The notes beneath the pieces are model-generated. The model did not search any database, was not told where the DNA came from, and worked only from the letters and a program-made list of their open reading frames with translations. Made by a program: the position numbers and the translations under genes. 64,000 nt of DNA from NCBI RefSeq assembly GCF_054482595.1, contig NZ_CM137008.1. One strand, written 5' to 3'. Of the stretch, positions 1-9,964 are shown one piece after another. Within the stretch, counting starts at the first letter, position 1, and each line of letters opens with the position of its first letter.

Positions 1-819
1 GACCATCCGAACCCTTTAGCCGCACGCCAGGCTATTTGCGACATATTCCTTAAACGCATCGTTAAAGGGAAAGGGCTGGATGTCATTGTTGATAAAACAG
101 GCGAAGAACCAATGCCGACACCATGGACGGTCTTTGAACTGGTCAAGGCAATCAGTAACGTCGATCACAGCTGGAAAGAGTTCATGCTGATCGACATGGG
201 CGGCGCAACCACCGATGTTTATTCCGCCTGTGCCAACACGCTCTCGCCCGACACCGTTTTACACGGCGTACCGGAACCCTTCGTAAAACGGACGGTGGAA
301 GGCGATCTGGGAATGCGCGTCTCGGCAGTGGTGGTTGGTGAAAGTGCGAAAGAGTTAGTCAATGTGAATTTTGCTCAGCAACCCGCACAGCTGGACGCTT
401 TTTATCATTACCTCCGTCATCTAGTCGCTCATCCCGACTACTTACCCGCAAATGCAGAAGAGAAATATTTCGATACCGTCCTGGCCGGACTGTGTGTGGG
501 TTATGCCACCGAAAGACATGCGGGCACCAAAAAAGAGGTCTGCACCTGCGTCGGCAATGTCGATTTACAGATGGGACGTGACCTGACAACCGTGCGTAAA
601 GTCGTCGGATCCGGCGGATGGCTCTCGCGTGCCAGTCAGTTCGATATGCATCACTGGTTGAAATTCCGCGAGTTAAACGACGACGGTAAACGCATTCTCT
701 TACCGACCGAATTTGAATATTACCGCGATTCCCGGGGGCTATTACCACTGCTGGCAAACGTCGCCAGAGTCGATCCGCTGGCCGCCGCGCGCACCAGTAT
801 TCAATGCTTAACCCTATAA
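1..819 (+). CDS. glmL: Glutamate mutase-associated protein GlmL/MutL (reactivating chaperone-like), 5'-truncated by the window edge
   Basis: Frame 1 is open from nt 1 to the stop at 817-819 (the listed ORF begins at an internal Met at 112). It lies directly upstream of glmE in the conserved glmL-glmE-mal order known from Clostridium glutamate mutase operons. Confidence 0.7.
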   Translation, partial: DHPNPLAARQAICDIFLKRIVKGKGLDVIVDKTGEEPMPTPWTVFELVKAISNVDHSWKEFMLIDMGGATTDVYSACANTLSPDTVLHGVPEPFVKRTVEGDLGMRVSAVVVGESAKELVNVNFAQQPAQLDAFYHYLRHLVAHPDYLPANAEEKYFDTVLAGLCVGYATERHAGTKKEVCTCVGNVDLQMGRDLTTVRKVVGSGGWLSRASQFDMHHWLKFRELNDDGKRILLPTEFEYYRDSRGLLPLLANVARVDPLAAARTSIQCLTL

Positions 820-837
820 CAATTAAGGCTGCAATCA

Positions 838-2283
838 ATGGAACTTCGAAATAAGAAATTAACCCATGACGAATTCATGACCGAGCGGCAACAGGTACTG
901 AAAACCTGGGAAACCGGCAAGGATGTTGAAAACTTTGAAGATGGCGTTAAATACCAACAAAACATTCCTGAGCATAAACGCTTCTCTCATGCCCTGCTGA
1001 AAGCAGACAAGGAAGGTAACACCCTTAGCCAACCGCGCGCAGGTGTGGCGCTGATGGACGAACACATCGAACTACTGAAAACACTGCAAGAAGAGTGCGA
1101 TCTGCTGCCGAGCACTATCGATGCATATACCCGTCTGAATCGGTACGAAGAAGCGGCTGTAGGGATTAAAAAATCCATCGAAGCCGGAACCTCTAAACTG
1201 AACGGTTTACCGGTAGTTAACCACGGCGTCGCAGCTTGCCGTCGCCTCACCGAAACCCTGCAAAAACCGCTACAGATCCGCCACGGCACGCCAGATGCGC
1301 GTCTGCTGGCTGAAATCTCGATGGCCAGTGGCTTTACCAGTTATGAAGGCGGCGGCATTTCCTACAACATTCCGTATGCCAAACGCGTAACGCTGGAAAA
1401 ATCGATCCGCGACTGGCAGTACTGCGACCGTTTAATGGGGATGTATGAAGAACACGGGATCCGCATCAACCGCGAACCGTTTGGCCCACTAACAGGTACG
1501 CTGATCCCGCCGTTTATCTCGCACTCTATCGCGATAATCGAAGGCTTGCTGGCGCTGGAACAGGGTGTGAAATCTATCACCGTTGGTTATGGACAGGTCG
1601 GCAGCCTGACGCAGGATGTTGCGGCGATCCAGTCTCTGCGTGAACTTGCACACGAATATTTTCAGAGCTATGGCTATACCGACTATGAATTAAGTACCGT
1701 GTTTCACCAGTGGATGGGCGGCTTTCCGGAAGACGAATCGAAAGCGTTCGCTATTATCTCATGGGGCGCAGCCGTCGCGGGGATGTCTGGTGCCACCAAA
1801 GTCATCACCAAAAGTCCGCACGAAGCCTGGGGCATCCCGACTGCCGCTGCCAACATTCAGGGGCTGAAAGCCTCCCGCCAGATGCTCAACATGGTCAACG
1901 AGCAGAAATTCCCGCCGTGCCCTGCGGTTGAACTGGAAATTGAACTGATTAAGAGCGAGGTTCGCGCGGTACTGAATAAAGTGTTCGAACTGGGTAATGG
2001 TGATATTGCGCGCGGTACGGTGCTGGCATTTGAAGCGGGCGTACTGGATGTGCCGTTTGCGCCAGCCGCCTGCAACGCGGGCAAAATTCTTCCGGTCCGA
2101 GACAACACCGGCGCGATACGCGTACTGGAAGCCGGAGCCGTTCCATTGCCAAAAGATATTCTCGACCTCCACCACGATTACGTTGCGGAACGCGCACGCT
2201 TTGAAGGACGCCAACCGACATTCCAGATGGTTGTAGATGACATCAATGCTGTATCCCACAGTAAATTAATAGGAAGACCATAA
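838..2283 (+). CDS. glmE: Glutamate mutase E (epsilon, catalytic) subunit, methylaspartate mutase
   Basis: 481 aa; the translation aligns along its length with my recollection of Clostridium GlmE (MEL.NKK..., PRAGVALLDEHIELL, GGGISYN.PYAK, TVFHQWMGGFP.DESKAF, SFQMV.DDI.AV). Stop overlaps the mal start (TAATG). Confidence 0.9.
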   Translation: MELRNKKLTHDEFMTERQQVLKTWETGKDVENFEDGVKYQQNIPEHKRFSHALLKADKEGNTLSQPRAGVALMDEHIELLKTLQEECDLLPSTIDAYTRLNRYEEAAVGIKKSIEAGTSKLNGLPVVNHGVAACRRLTETLQKPLQIRHGTPDARLLAEISMASGFTSYEGGGISYNIPYAKRVTLEKSIRDWQYCDRLMGMYEEHGIRINREPFGPLTGTLIPPFISHSIAIIEGLLALEQGVKSITVGYGQVGSLTQDVAAIQSLRELAHEYFQSYGYTDYELSTVFHQWMGGFPEDESKAFAIISWGAAVAGMSGATKVITKSPHEAWGIPTAAANIQGLKASRQMLNMVNEQKFPPCPAVELEIELIKSEVRAVLNKVFELGNGDIARGTVLAFEAGVLDVPFAPAACNAGKILPVRDNTGAIRVLEAGAVPLPKDILDLHHDYVAERARFEGRQPTFQMVVDDINAVSHSKLIGRP

Positions 2284-3524
2284 TGAAAATAAAACAGGCT
2301 CTGTTCACCGCTGGCTACTCCTCATTCTATTTCGATGACCAGCAGGCGATAAAAAACGGAGCGGGTCATGACGGCTTTTTTTATACTGGGGAGCCGGTAA
2401 CACAGGGGTTTAACACCGTACGTCAGGCCGGGGAGTGCGTATCGGTACAGTTGATTCTGGAAAACGGCGCGGTCGCTGTAGGTGACTGTGCTGCCGTACA
2501 GTATTCTGGGGCAGGTGGTCGCGATCCACTGTTCCTCGCAGAGCACTTTATTCCGTTCCTCAACGACCATATCAAGCCATTACTGGTAGGCCGCGATGTG
2601 GATGCTTTCCTGCCGAATGCCCGTTTCTTCGACAAATTGCGTATTGACGGCAACTTGCTGCATACCGCCGTGCGCTACGGATTATCACAGGCGCTGCTTG
2701 ATGCTACCGCGCTGGCAACCGGCCGTCTGAAAACTGAAGTGGTCTGTGATGAATGGCAGTTGCCACGCGTGGCGGAATCCATTCCATTATTTGGTCAGAG
2801 CGGCGACGATCGATATATCGCCGTCGATAAGATGATCCTTAAAGGCATCGACGTGCTGCCCCATGCGCTGATTAATAACGTCGAAGAGAAGCTGGGCTTT
2901 AAAGGTGAAAAACTGCGCGAATATGTCCGCTGGTTGTCGGATCGCATTCTAAGCAAGCGCACCAGCGCACGCTACCACCCTACCCTGCACATCGATGTAT
3001 ACGGCACTATCGGTCTGATCTTCGATATGGATACGCTTCGCTGTGCGCAATACATCGCCAGCCTGGAAAAAGAAGCGCAAGGCCTGCCGCTCTACATTGA
3101 AGGGCCGGTCGATGCCGGTAACAAGCCCGATCAAATTCGCCTGCTGACCGCGATTACCAAAGAGCTGACGCGCCTCGGTTCCGGCGTGAAAATTGTGGCC
3201 GATGAATGGTGTAACACCTACCAGGATATTGTTGATTTCACTGATGCCGCCAGTTGTCACATGGTGCAAATCAAAACCCCGGATCTGGGCAGTATTCACA
3301 ACATCGTCGATGCGGTTCTTTACTGCAATAGCCACAGCATGGAAGCGTACCAGGGCGGCACCTGCAATGAAACTGATGTCAGTGCCCGCACCTGTGTCCA
3401 CGTCGCCCTTGCCGCTCGCCCCATGCGTATGCTGGTAAAACCAGGGATGGGCTTTGACGAAGGCCTCGATATCGTCTTCAACGAAATGAATCGTACTATC
3501 GCGCTGTTGCAGGCTAAGGATTAA
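2283..3524 (+). CDS. mal: 3-methylaspartate ammonia-lyase (methylaspartase)
   Basis: 413 aa, N-terminus MKIKQALFTAGYSSFYFDDQQAIKNGAGHDGF... matches enterobacterial methylaspartase (Citrobacter-type) as I recall it; enolase-superfamily length; 1-nt overlap with glmE. Confidence 0.9.
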   Translation: MKIKQALFTAGYSSFYFDDQQAIKNGAGHDGFFYTGEPVTQGFNTVRQAGECVSVQLILENGAVAVGDCAAVQYSGAGGRDPLFLAEHFIPFLNDHIKPLLVGRDVDAFLPNARFFDKLRIDGNLLHTAVRYGLSQALLDATALATGRLKTEVVCDEWQLPRVAESIPLFGQSGDDRYIAVDKMILKGIDVLPHALINNVEEKLGFKGEKLREYVRWLSDRILSKRTSARYHPTLHIDVYGTIGLIFDMDTLRCAQYIASLEKEAQGLPLYIEGPVDAGNKPDQIRLLTAITKELTRLGSGVKIVADEWCNTYQDIVDFTDAASCHMVQIKTPDLGSIHNIVDAVLYCNSHSMEAYQGGTCNETDVSARTCVHVALAARPMRMLVKPGMGFDEGLDIVFNEMNRTIALLQAKD

Positions 3525-3527
3525 CAA

Positions 3528-4898
3528 ATGGCTCGTTCTTTTAAAGTCTTATCGCCAACGGCAATCCTCGGGTATGGATTCCCGGAAGAGAGCTTCCGCA
3601 AAGCGATGGCAGAATCGCCCGATCTGATCGCCGTTGATGCAGGCTCTTCCGATCCAGGCCCCCACTACCTCGGGGCAGGCAAACCGTTTACCGATCGCGC
3701 AGGGGTCAAGCGCGATCTGCGCTATATGATCACCGCAGGCGTGCAAAATAATATACCGGTGGTGATCGGAACGGCTGGCGGTTCTGGTGCCGCACCACAC
3801 CTGGAGTGGTGCCGAGAAATAATTCATGAGATTGCCCGGGAAGAGCACCTCTCGTTCTCGATGGCGTTGATCCCGGCAGACGTTGACAAAGCCATCGTCC
3901 ACCAGGCGCTGGATAACGGCAAAATCACGGCGCTGGATTTTGTCCCGCCGTTAACCCACGACGCGATTGACGAAAGTACGTATATCGTCGCGCAAATGGG
4001 CATCGAACCCTTCCAGCGGGCGCTGAAAGAACGCGCGCAAGTGGTGCTGGGCGGGCGCGCTTACGACCCGGCCTGCTTTGCTGCGCTCCCGATCATGCAA
4101 GGCTTTGATGAAGGTCTGGCGCTGCATTGTGGGAAAATCCTTGAATGCGCGGCAATCGCCGCAACGCCCGGCTCAGGCTCTGACTGTGCGATGGGCATCA
4201 TTGATGACAACGGCTTTACGCTGAAGACATTTAATCCGAAGCGTAAATTTACCGAAACGTCAGCAGCTGCACACACACTGTATGAGAAATCCGATCCCTA
4301 CTTCCTGCCAGGACCTGGCGGCGTGTTGAACCTGAAAGGCTGCACATTTAAAGCAGTCAATGACGGCGAAGTCTACGTCAGCGGTTCTAAGCATGAAGAA
4401 ACGCCGTATGCCCTGAAACTGGAAGGTGCACGACGGGTGGGCTTCCGCTGTCTGACCATCGCCGGAACGCGCGACCCGATTATGATCGCCGGGATCGATA
4501 AAATCATCGATGAAGTCAAAACCAGCGTTTCGCGTAACCTGTCGCTCGACGATGACAGCATTCGCATCAATTTCCACCTGTACGGCAAAAACGGGGTGAT
4601 GGGAGACCATGAACCGATGCAAACTGCCGGGCATGAGCTGGGGATTGTCCTTGATGTAGTTGCACCGACCCAGGAAATTGCCAACAGCGTTTGCTCGCTG
4701 GTGCGCTCTACCATGCTGCACTACGGCTATGAAAACCGCATCGCTACCGCAGGTAATCTGGCGTTCCCGTTCTCCCCTTCTGATATCCAGGGCGGGCCGG
4801 TATACGAATTTTCCATATATCACCTGATTGAAGCCAACGACGCTCTGCGTTTTGATTTCCATATTGAACAGGTGACGCCAGAAGGAGTTCAGGCATGA
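3528..4898 (+). CDS. DUF1446 family protein (AtuA-like), function unknown
   Basis: 456 aa; motifs resembling the AtuA/DUF1446 family (GGRAYDPACFAALP..., GKILECAA); starts 4 nt after the mal stop with no promoter space. Family assignment is from memory, not a search. Confidence 0.6.
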   Translation: MARSFKVLSPTAILGYGFPEESFRKAMAESPDLIAVDAGSSDPGPHYLGAGKPFTDRAGVKRDLRYMITAGVQNNIPVVIGTAGGSGAAPHLEWCREIIHEIAREEHLSFSMALIPADVDKAIVHQALDNGKITALDFVPPLTHDAIDESTYIVAQMGIEPFQRALKERAQVVLGGRAYDPACFAALPIMQGFDEGLALHCGKILECAAIAATPGSGSDCAMGIIDDNGFTLKTFNPKRKFTETSAAAHTLYEKSDPYFLPGPGGVLNLKGCTFKAVNDGEVYVSGSKHEETPYALKLEGARRVGFRCLTIAGTRDPIMIAGIDKIIDEVKTSVSRNLSLDDDSIRINFHLYGKNGVMGDHEPMQTAGHELGIVLDVVAPTQEIANSVCSLVRSTMLHYGYENRIATAGNLAFPFSPSDIQGGPVYEFSIYHLIEANDALRFDFHIEQVTPEGVQA

Positions 4899-5212
4899 AA
4901 CAGTCAATTGTCTCACTGGCGCAAGTCATTCGTTCGAAAAATGCCGGACCTTACGAACTGGTTTTAGATATTTTATTTAAAACGAAAGAAAACTATGAGC
5001 GAGTTAAATCATCAGGGCAATTAACCCCAGAACTGATTGCGCGCTTATATCATGTTGAACCTGACTTTATTCATCGTATTGTCTGGTTTGATCCTTCTAA
5101 CGCAGTAAAAATCGTCATGCCACGAGATATTATCTCCGGGAATGTAGGTGACAATGATGTCTATGGTGCACAGCAACATGCACCTTTATTAAATATGAGT
5201 TTCGATTTGTAA
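4895..5212 (+). CDS. DUF4387-like small protein, usual partner of DUF1446/AtuA-like proteins
   Basis: 105 aa; start ATG overlaps the stop of the upstream DUF1446 gene (ATGA), implying translational coupling; motif IRSKNAGPYELVLDI... resembles DUF4387 as recalled. Confidence 0.55.
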   Translation: MKQSIVSLAQVIRSKNAGPYELVLDILFKTKENYERVKSSGQLTPELIARLYHVEPDFIHRIVWFDPSNAVKIVMPRDIISGNVGDNDVYGAQQHAPLLNMSFDL

Positions 5213-5295
5213 AAATCCGAATACTTTTAGCCAACTGACATCCCGTCACTTATTGCAGTTCAACACTTCAGCTATTTGTAAGGTTGTAATAGCAG

Positions 5296-5327
5296 GTAGA
5301 TGCCTGAATCTCTATTCAGGCATCTAC
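5296..5327 (+). terminator. Perfect 14-bp-stem hairpin (gtagatgcctgaat-ctct-attcaggcatctac) followed by a U-rich tract; putative terminator/attenuator
   Basis: Read directly from the sequence between the DUF4387 stop (5212) and the transporter start (5373); arms are exact reverse complements. Confidence 0.5.
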
Positions 5328-5372
5328 TTCTCCTGATTCTGATTTATCGCCGTGCACCTGATGGAGGAAAAA

Positions 5373-6653
5373 ATGAAGACAATAAGTTTAACCACGATGA
5401 TTCTTTTGGCGCTGGTACTTGGAATGATTATCGGCGTAGTGCTCAATAACACTGCTTCACCGGAAACCGCAAAACTCTATGCGCAAGAAATATCGATATT
5501 CACGACGATTTTCTTACGACTGATAAAAATGATTATCGCTCCGTTAGTGGTCTCTACCCTGGTGGTAGGTATTGCTAAAATGGGCGATGCCAAAGCCCTT
5601 GGTCGTATTTTTTCTAAAACACTCTTTTTATTTATTTGCGCCTCATTGCTGTCAATTGCCTTAGGCTTGATAACGGTAAATTTCTTCATGCCAGGTACAG
5701 GAATTAATTTTGTTGCACACGGTGCCGAAACCACCGGAGTGGTCGCGGCAGAACCCTTTACGCTAAAAGTATTTATTTCGCATGCTTTCCCCACCAGCAT
5801 TGTCGATGCCATGGCGCACAATGAAATTTTGCAAATCGTGGTGTTCTCAATTTTCCTCGGCTGTAGCCTGACGGCGATTGGCGAGAAAGGCAGCGCCATC
5901 GTTCACGCCTTAGATTCGCTGGCACATGCCATGTTAAAGCTGACTGGCTACGTCATGCTCTTCGCTCCCCTGACCGTATTCGCTGCTATTTCAGCATTGA
6001 TTGCTGAACGAGGACTGGCAGTTATGGTGAGCGCCGGGATCTTTATGGGTGAATTTTATTTCACCATGTTATTACTTTGGGTGCTGCTTATCGGTCTGGC
6101 CATCGTTTATGTCGGCCCCTGCATCAGACGCCTGACCCGCGCCCTTTCGGAACCCGCCCTGCTGGCATTTACCACATCCAGTTCTGAAGCGGCTTTTCCG
6201 GGAACGCTTGAAAAACTGGAGCAATTTGGCGTTTCCCCCAAAATTGCCAGCTTTGTCTTACCCATTGGCTACTCATTTAATCTCGTTGGATCAATGGCCT
6301 ACTGCTCCTTCGCTACAGTTTTCATCGCCCAGGCCTGCAATATCCATTTATCCATCGGTGAACAAATCACCATGCTGTTGATCCTGATGTTGACCTCGAA
6401 AGGAATGGCTGGCGTACCACGCGCCTCAATGGTGGTTATCGCCGCCACGCTCAACCAGTTCAATATTCCGGAAGCGGGGCTGATCTTGCTGATGGGCGTT
6501 GATCCGTTCCTTGATATGGGGCGTTCCGCGACAAACGTCATGAGCAACGCAATGGGCGCTGCGATGGTGAGTCGGTGGGAAGGCGAACATTTCGGCGAGG
6601 GCTGTCGGGGTAAAGCATTAAAACCCAATGAATCGAACGTTGCTCTGCCCTGA
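5373..6653 (+). CDS. Dicarboxylate/amino acid:cation symporter (DAACS family; GltP/DctA-like), probable glutamate or C4/C5-dicarboxylate uptake
   Basis: Hydrophobic multi-TM translation typical of the GltP/DctA family. I chose ATG 5373 (MKTISL...) because GGAGG at 5363-5367 sits 5 nt upstream; the listed ORF starts at GTG 5352. Confidence 0.75.
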   Translation: MKTISLTTMILLALVLGMIIGVVLNNTASPETAKLYAQEISIFTTIFLRLIKMIIAPLVVSTLVVGIAKMGDAKALGRIFSKTLFLFICASLLSIALGLITVNFFMPGTGINFVAHGAETTGVVAAEPFTLKVFISHAFPTSIVDAMAHNEILQIVVFSIFLGCSLTAIGEKGSAIVHALDSLAHAMLKLTGYVMLFAPLTVFAAISALIAERGLAVMVSAGIFMGEFYFTMLLLWVLLIGLAIVYVGPCIRRLTRALSEPALLAFTTSSSEAAFPGTLEKLEQFGVSPKIASFVLPIGYSFNLVGSMAYCSFATVFIAQACNIHLSIGEQITMLLILMLTSKGMAGVPRASMVVIAATLNQFNIPEAGLILLMGVDPFLDMGRSATNVMSNAMGAAMVSRWEGEHFGEGCRGKALKPNESNVALP

Positions 6654-6760
6654 GGGGGATCTTAAGCAATCAGAAGCCAATGACTACGCATTTTTATAAG
6701 CCGGATCATGAAGTTAGACGGCAATTAAGTAACACTAACGTTTAAGGTGAAAAGTGAAAT

Positions 6761-8413
6761 ATGTCCAAACCATTTATCTGGCAAGAACCGTTTCTACAAA
6801 ATAAAGACGGTACAGAATATACATTAATTAGCGATCAGCATATTACAGTAACGGAATTAGACGGCGAAGAAGTGATAAAAATTGCTCCTGAAGCATTAAC
6901 GCTGCTTGCCCGGCAGGCATTTTATGAAGCCTCTTTTTTCTTACGTTCCGCTCATTTGCAACAGGTCGCCAGCATTCTTAACGATCCGCAGGCCAGTAGT
7001 AATGATAAATACGTTGCGTTGCAGTTATTACGTAATGCTGAAGTCTCAGCAAAAGGGGTATTACCCAACTGTCAGGATACCGGCACCGCAACTATTATTG
7101 CCAGTAAAGGGCAACAGATATGGACCGGAGGTAACGACGCCGAAGCCTTAAGCAAAGGCATTTACACCACTTTTCAGGAAAATAATCTGCGCTTTTCACA
7201 AAATGCGCCGCTGGATATGTATACCGAAGTCAATACGCAAACCAATCTCCCGGCGCAGATTGATATCAGCGCTGTCGCTGGTGATGTGTACCATTTTCTC
7301 TGTGTTAATAAAGGGGGCGGCTCCGCCAATAAAGCCGCGCTTTATCAGGAAACCAAATCCTTATTGCAACCAGAAAAACTGACCGCATTTTTAATCGAAA
7401 AAATGAAATCGCTGGGCACCGCTGCCTGCCCGCCTTACCACATCGCCTTTGTCGTCGGAGGGCTTTCAGCCGATCAAACCTTAAAAGTTGCCAAGCTGGC
7501 CTCAACGAAATATTACGACAATTTGCCCACCAGCGGAAACGAGCAGGGACAAGCATTCCGTGATATTGAGCTGGAAAAAGCGTTGCTCGAGGCCAGTCAG
7601 CAATTTGGTATTGGTGCACAATTTGGGGGGAAATATTTCGCTCATGATATTCGCGTCATTCGTCTGCCGCGTCACGGTGGCTCTTGCCCGATAGCTATGA
7701 CGCTCTCCTGTTCTGCCGATCGCAATATCAAAGCAAAAATTAACAAACACGGTATCTGGCTGGAAAAACTCGAACACAATCCGGGGCAATATATTCCAGC
7801 CTCATTGCGGGAAGAAAATCACGCGCAACATGTACAACTGGATCTAAACCGTCCGTTGCGTGACGTGATGCTGGATCTCGCCAGATTACCGGTAGGTACC
7901 CGCGTGTCGTTAAGTGGTCCCATCGTAGTGGCGCGCGATATCGCCCACGCCAAAATAAAAGCGCGGCTGGATAGCGGCGAATCGATGCCGGAGTACCTGA
8001 AGCATCATATTGTCTATTACGCTGGCCCGGCGAAAACACCGGAGAACATGGCCTGCGGTTCACTGGGTCCAACCACGGGCGGTCGAATGGACGGTTATGT
8101 CGATACCTTCCAGGCAGCTGGCGGCAGTCTGGTGATGTTATCGAAAGGTAACCGCAGCCAGCAGGTCACCGATGCCTGTCACAAACATGGCGGCTTCAAT
8201 CTGGGAAGTATTGGCGGTGCAGCTGCGTTACTGGCGCAAGAATATGTCAAAAGTCTGCGTTGCCTGGAATACCCGGAGCTGGGTATGGAAGCGGTGTGGA
8301 TGATGGAAGTGGAAAATCTGCCCGCATTCATCCTGGTAGATGATAAAGGCAATAATTTCTTTAGTCAGTTTGAGCAGCAACATCGCTGCGCCAGTTGCCC
8401 TGCGGGACATTAA
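6761..8413 (+). CDS. fumD: Class I (Fe-S) fumarate hydratase family protein, likely mesaconase/fumarase FumD
   Basis: 550 aa; N-terminal half with Cys-containing motifs (PNCQDTGTA) and C-terminal half typical of FumA/FumB-type hydratases; sits in the methylaspartate cluster, where mesaconate hydration is the expected next step. Confidence 0.8.
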   Translation: MSKPFIWQEPFLQNKDGTEYTLISDQHITVTELDGEEVIKIAPEALTLLARQAFYEASFFLRSAHLQQVASILNDPQASSNDKYVALQLLRNAEVSAKGVLPNCQDTGTATIIASKGQQIWTGGNDAEALSKGIYTTFQENNLRFSQNAPLDMYTEVNTQTNLPAQIDISAVAGDVYHFLCVNKGGGSANKAALYQETKSLLQPEKLTAFLIEKMKSLGTAACPPYHIAFVVGGLSADQTLKVAKLASTKYYDNLPTSGNEQGQAFRDIELEKALLEASQQFGIGAQFGGKYFAHDIRVIRLPRHGGSCPIAMTLSCSADRNIKAKINKHGIWLEKLEHNPGQYIPASLREENHAQHVQLDLNRPLRDVMLDLARLPVGTRVSLSGPIVVARDIAHAKIKARLDSGESMPEYLKHHIVYYAGPAKTPENMACGSLGPTTGGRMDGYVDTFQAAGGSLVMLSKGNRSQQVTDACHKHGGFNLGSIGGAAALLAQEYVKSLRCLEYPELGMEAVWMMEVENLPAFILVDDKGNNFFSQFEQQHRCASCPAGH

Positions 8414-8422
8414 GGAAAATGA

Positions 8423-9025
8423 ATGGAAGCGCGAATTTCAACTGAACGGCATGTGCAGCGCCAACAGAAATTGAAGGAACAGGTCGATACGCGCGTCGCA
8501 GCGGCGATAGAGAAAAAAGGGATCTTGATTGTTTTCACCGGCAACGGCAAAGGGAAATCCACTGCCGCGTTTGGTACTGTGACGCGCGCGGTGGGTCATG
8601 GCAAAACGGTGGGGGTTGCGCAGTACATCAAGGGGCAATGGGACAACGGCGAATACAACCTTCTCCAGCCGCTGGGGGTTGAGTTTCATATAATGGGAAC
8701 CGGTTTTACCTGGGAGACTCAGAACCGGCAAGCGGATATCGACGCGGCGAAAGAGATCTGGTCGGAAAGCAAACGGATGCTGGCTGACAAGCGTTACGAC
8801 TTAGTGGTGCTTGATGAGCTGACCTATATGCTGGCTTACCATTATCTGGATACCGAAGAAGTGATCGCTTCTCTGCAAAACCGCCCGGCACAACAAAGTG
8901 TCATTGTCACCGGACGCGGTTGCCACAGTCAGATATTAAAAATGGCGGATACGGTAAGCGAAATCCGCCCCGTCAAACATGCTTTTGATAACGGCATACA
9001 GGCCCAGCCGGGTATCGACTGGTAA
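8423..9025 (+). CDS. ATP:cob(I)alamin adenosyltransferase (CobA/BtuR family)
   Basis: 200 aa; P-loop region IVFTGNGKGKSTAAFG and overall similarity to BtuR/CobA as recalled; SD AAGGA upstream; 9 nt after the fumD stop. Confidence 0.8.
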   Translation: MEARISTERHVQRQQKLKEQVDTRVAAAIEKKGILIVFTGNGKGKSTAAFGTVTRAVGHGKTVGVAQYIKGQWDNGEYNLLQPLGVEFHIMGTGFTWETQNRQADIDAAKEIWSESKRMLADKRYDLVVLDELTYMLAYHYLDTEEVIASLQNRPAQQSVIVTGRGCHSQILKMADTVSEIRPVKHAFDNGIQAQPGIDW

Positions 9026-9032
9026 TAACTGC

Positions 9033-9051
9033 GCCTGGCATCCCGCCAGGC
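9033..9051. terminator. Short hairpin (gcctgg-N7-ccaggc) between the convergent stops of the adenosyltransferase gene and the LysR gene; possible bidirectional terminator
   Basis: Inverted repeat read from the sequence; the flanking U-tract is weak. Confidence 0.35.
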
Positions 9052-9058
9052 ACAGGTT

Positions 9059-9964
9059 TTACATCTCCTGCGGTACGACCGATTTCGCCAGCATCCATTC
9101 ACGAAATTGCTGCAAGTGCGGTGAGTCAGACTTCTCTTCCTGCCACGTCATAATAAAACGATTACCGGTACGAATAGGCACATCACAGGGGATCACCATA
9201 TCGCCACTATCCAAATCATGTTGAATAGCGAACCGTGGTAACAGCGCCACGCCGAGATTAGAGCGCACGGCGGCAATCAGCATTGAAAGCAAATCGAAAC
9301 GTGGTCCGTTATTGACCAGCGGACTGCTAACGCCAGATAAAGCAAACCACTCTTCCCAGCCAGTAATACGGGTGCTTTGATGCAGAAGCGGTAACTCAGT
9401 AAGCAGTTCTGCCACTGACAGCTTTTGATCGGACATTGCAAGCAAACTGCCGCTGCATACCGGCAAAATCTCCTCATCAAAGAGATATTCTACTTCCGCC
9501 CAGGGCGCGCAAAAATTTTCGCGCATAATGACAGCATCGTACTCCCGATTAAGAAAATCGCCGTTATTAGCTAAAGAATGAATATTAACAATAATATCGG
9601 GATGTAACTTTGTGAATTCATGTAAATTTGGGATCAACCAGTGGGTACTAAAAGTAGGATTAACGGCAAGTTCAATAACCTGAACCGTAGGCTGCCAGGT
9701 CATAATGGTATTGGTATCGCGTTCCAGCTTATTTAATGTTTCTTTTACTATCCCCAGGTAATACTTCCCTGTATCATTAAGAAAAATGCGTTTTTTAGAG
9801 TGTGAAAATAACGGAGTACGTAAAAATTCCTCCAGCGCACTTACTTGTCTGAATACTGCACTTTGGGTTAACGCTAACTCCTCTGCCGCTCTGGTATAAC
9901 TTTCATGACGTGCGACGACCTCAAAAGTCACCAGCAGTTCCGTTTTAGGTATTTTCCCTCGCAT
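9059..9964 (-). CDS. LysR-family transcriptional regulator
   Basis: 301 aa; N-terminal HTH typical of LysR-type regulators (FEVVARHESYTRAAEELALTQSAVFRQVSALEE) and a C-terminal substrate-binding-like domain. Confidence 0.85.
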   Translation of the reverse strand: MRGKIPKTELLVTFEVVARHESYTRAAEELALTQSAVFRQVSALEEFLRTPLFSHSKKRIFLNDTGKYYLGIVKETLNKLERDTNTIMTWQPTVQVIELAVNPTFSTHWLIPNLHEFTKLHPDIIVNIHSLANNGDFLNREYDAVIMRENFCAPWAEVEYLFDEEILPVCSGSLLAMSDQKLSVAELLTELPLLHQSTRITGWEEWFALSGVSSPLVNNGPRFDLLSMLIAAVRSNLGVALLPRFAIQHDLDSGDMVIPCDVPIRTGNRFIMTWQEEKSDSPHLQQFREWMLAKSVVPQEM

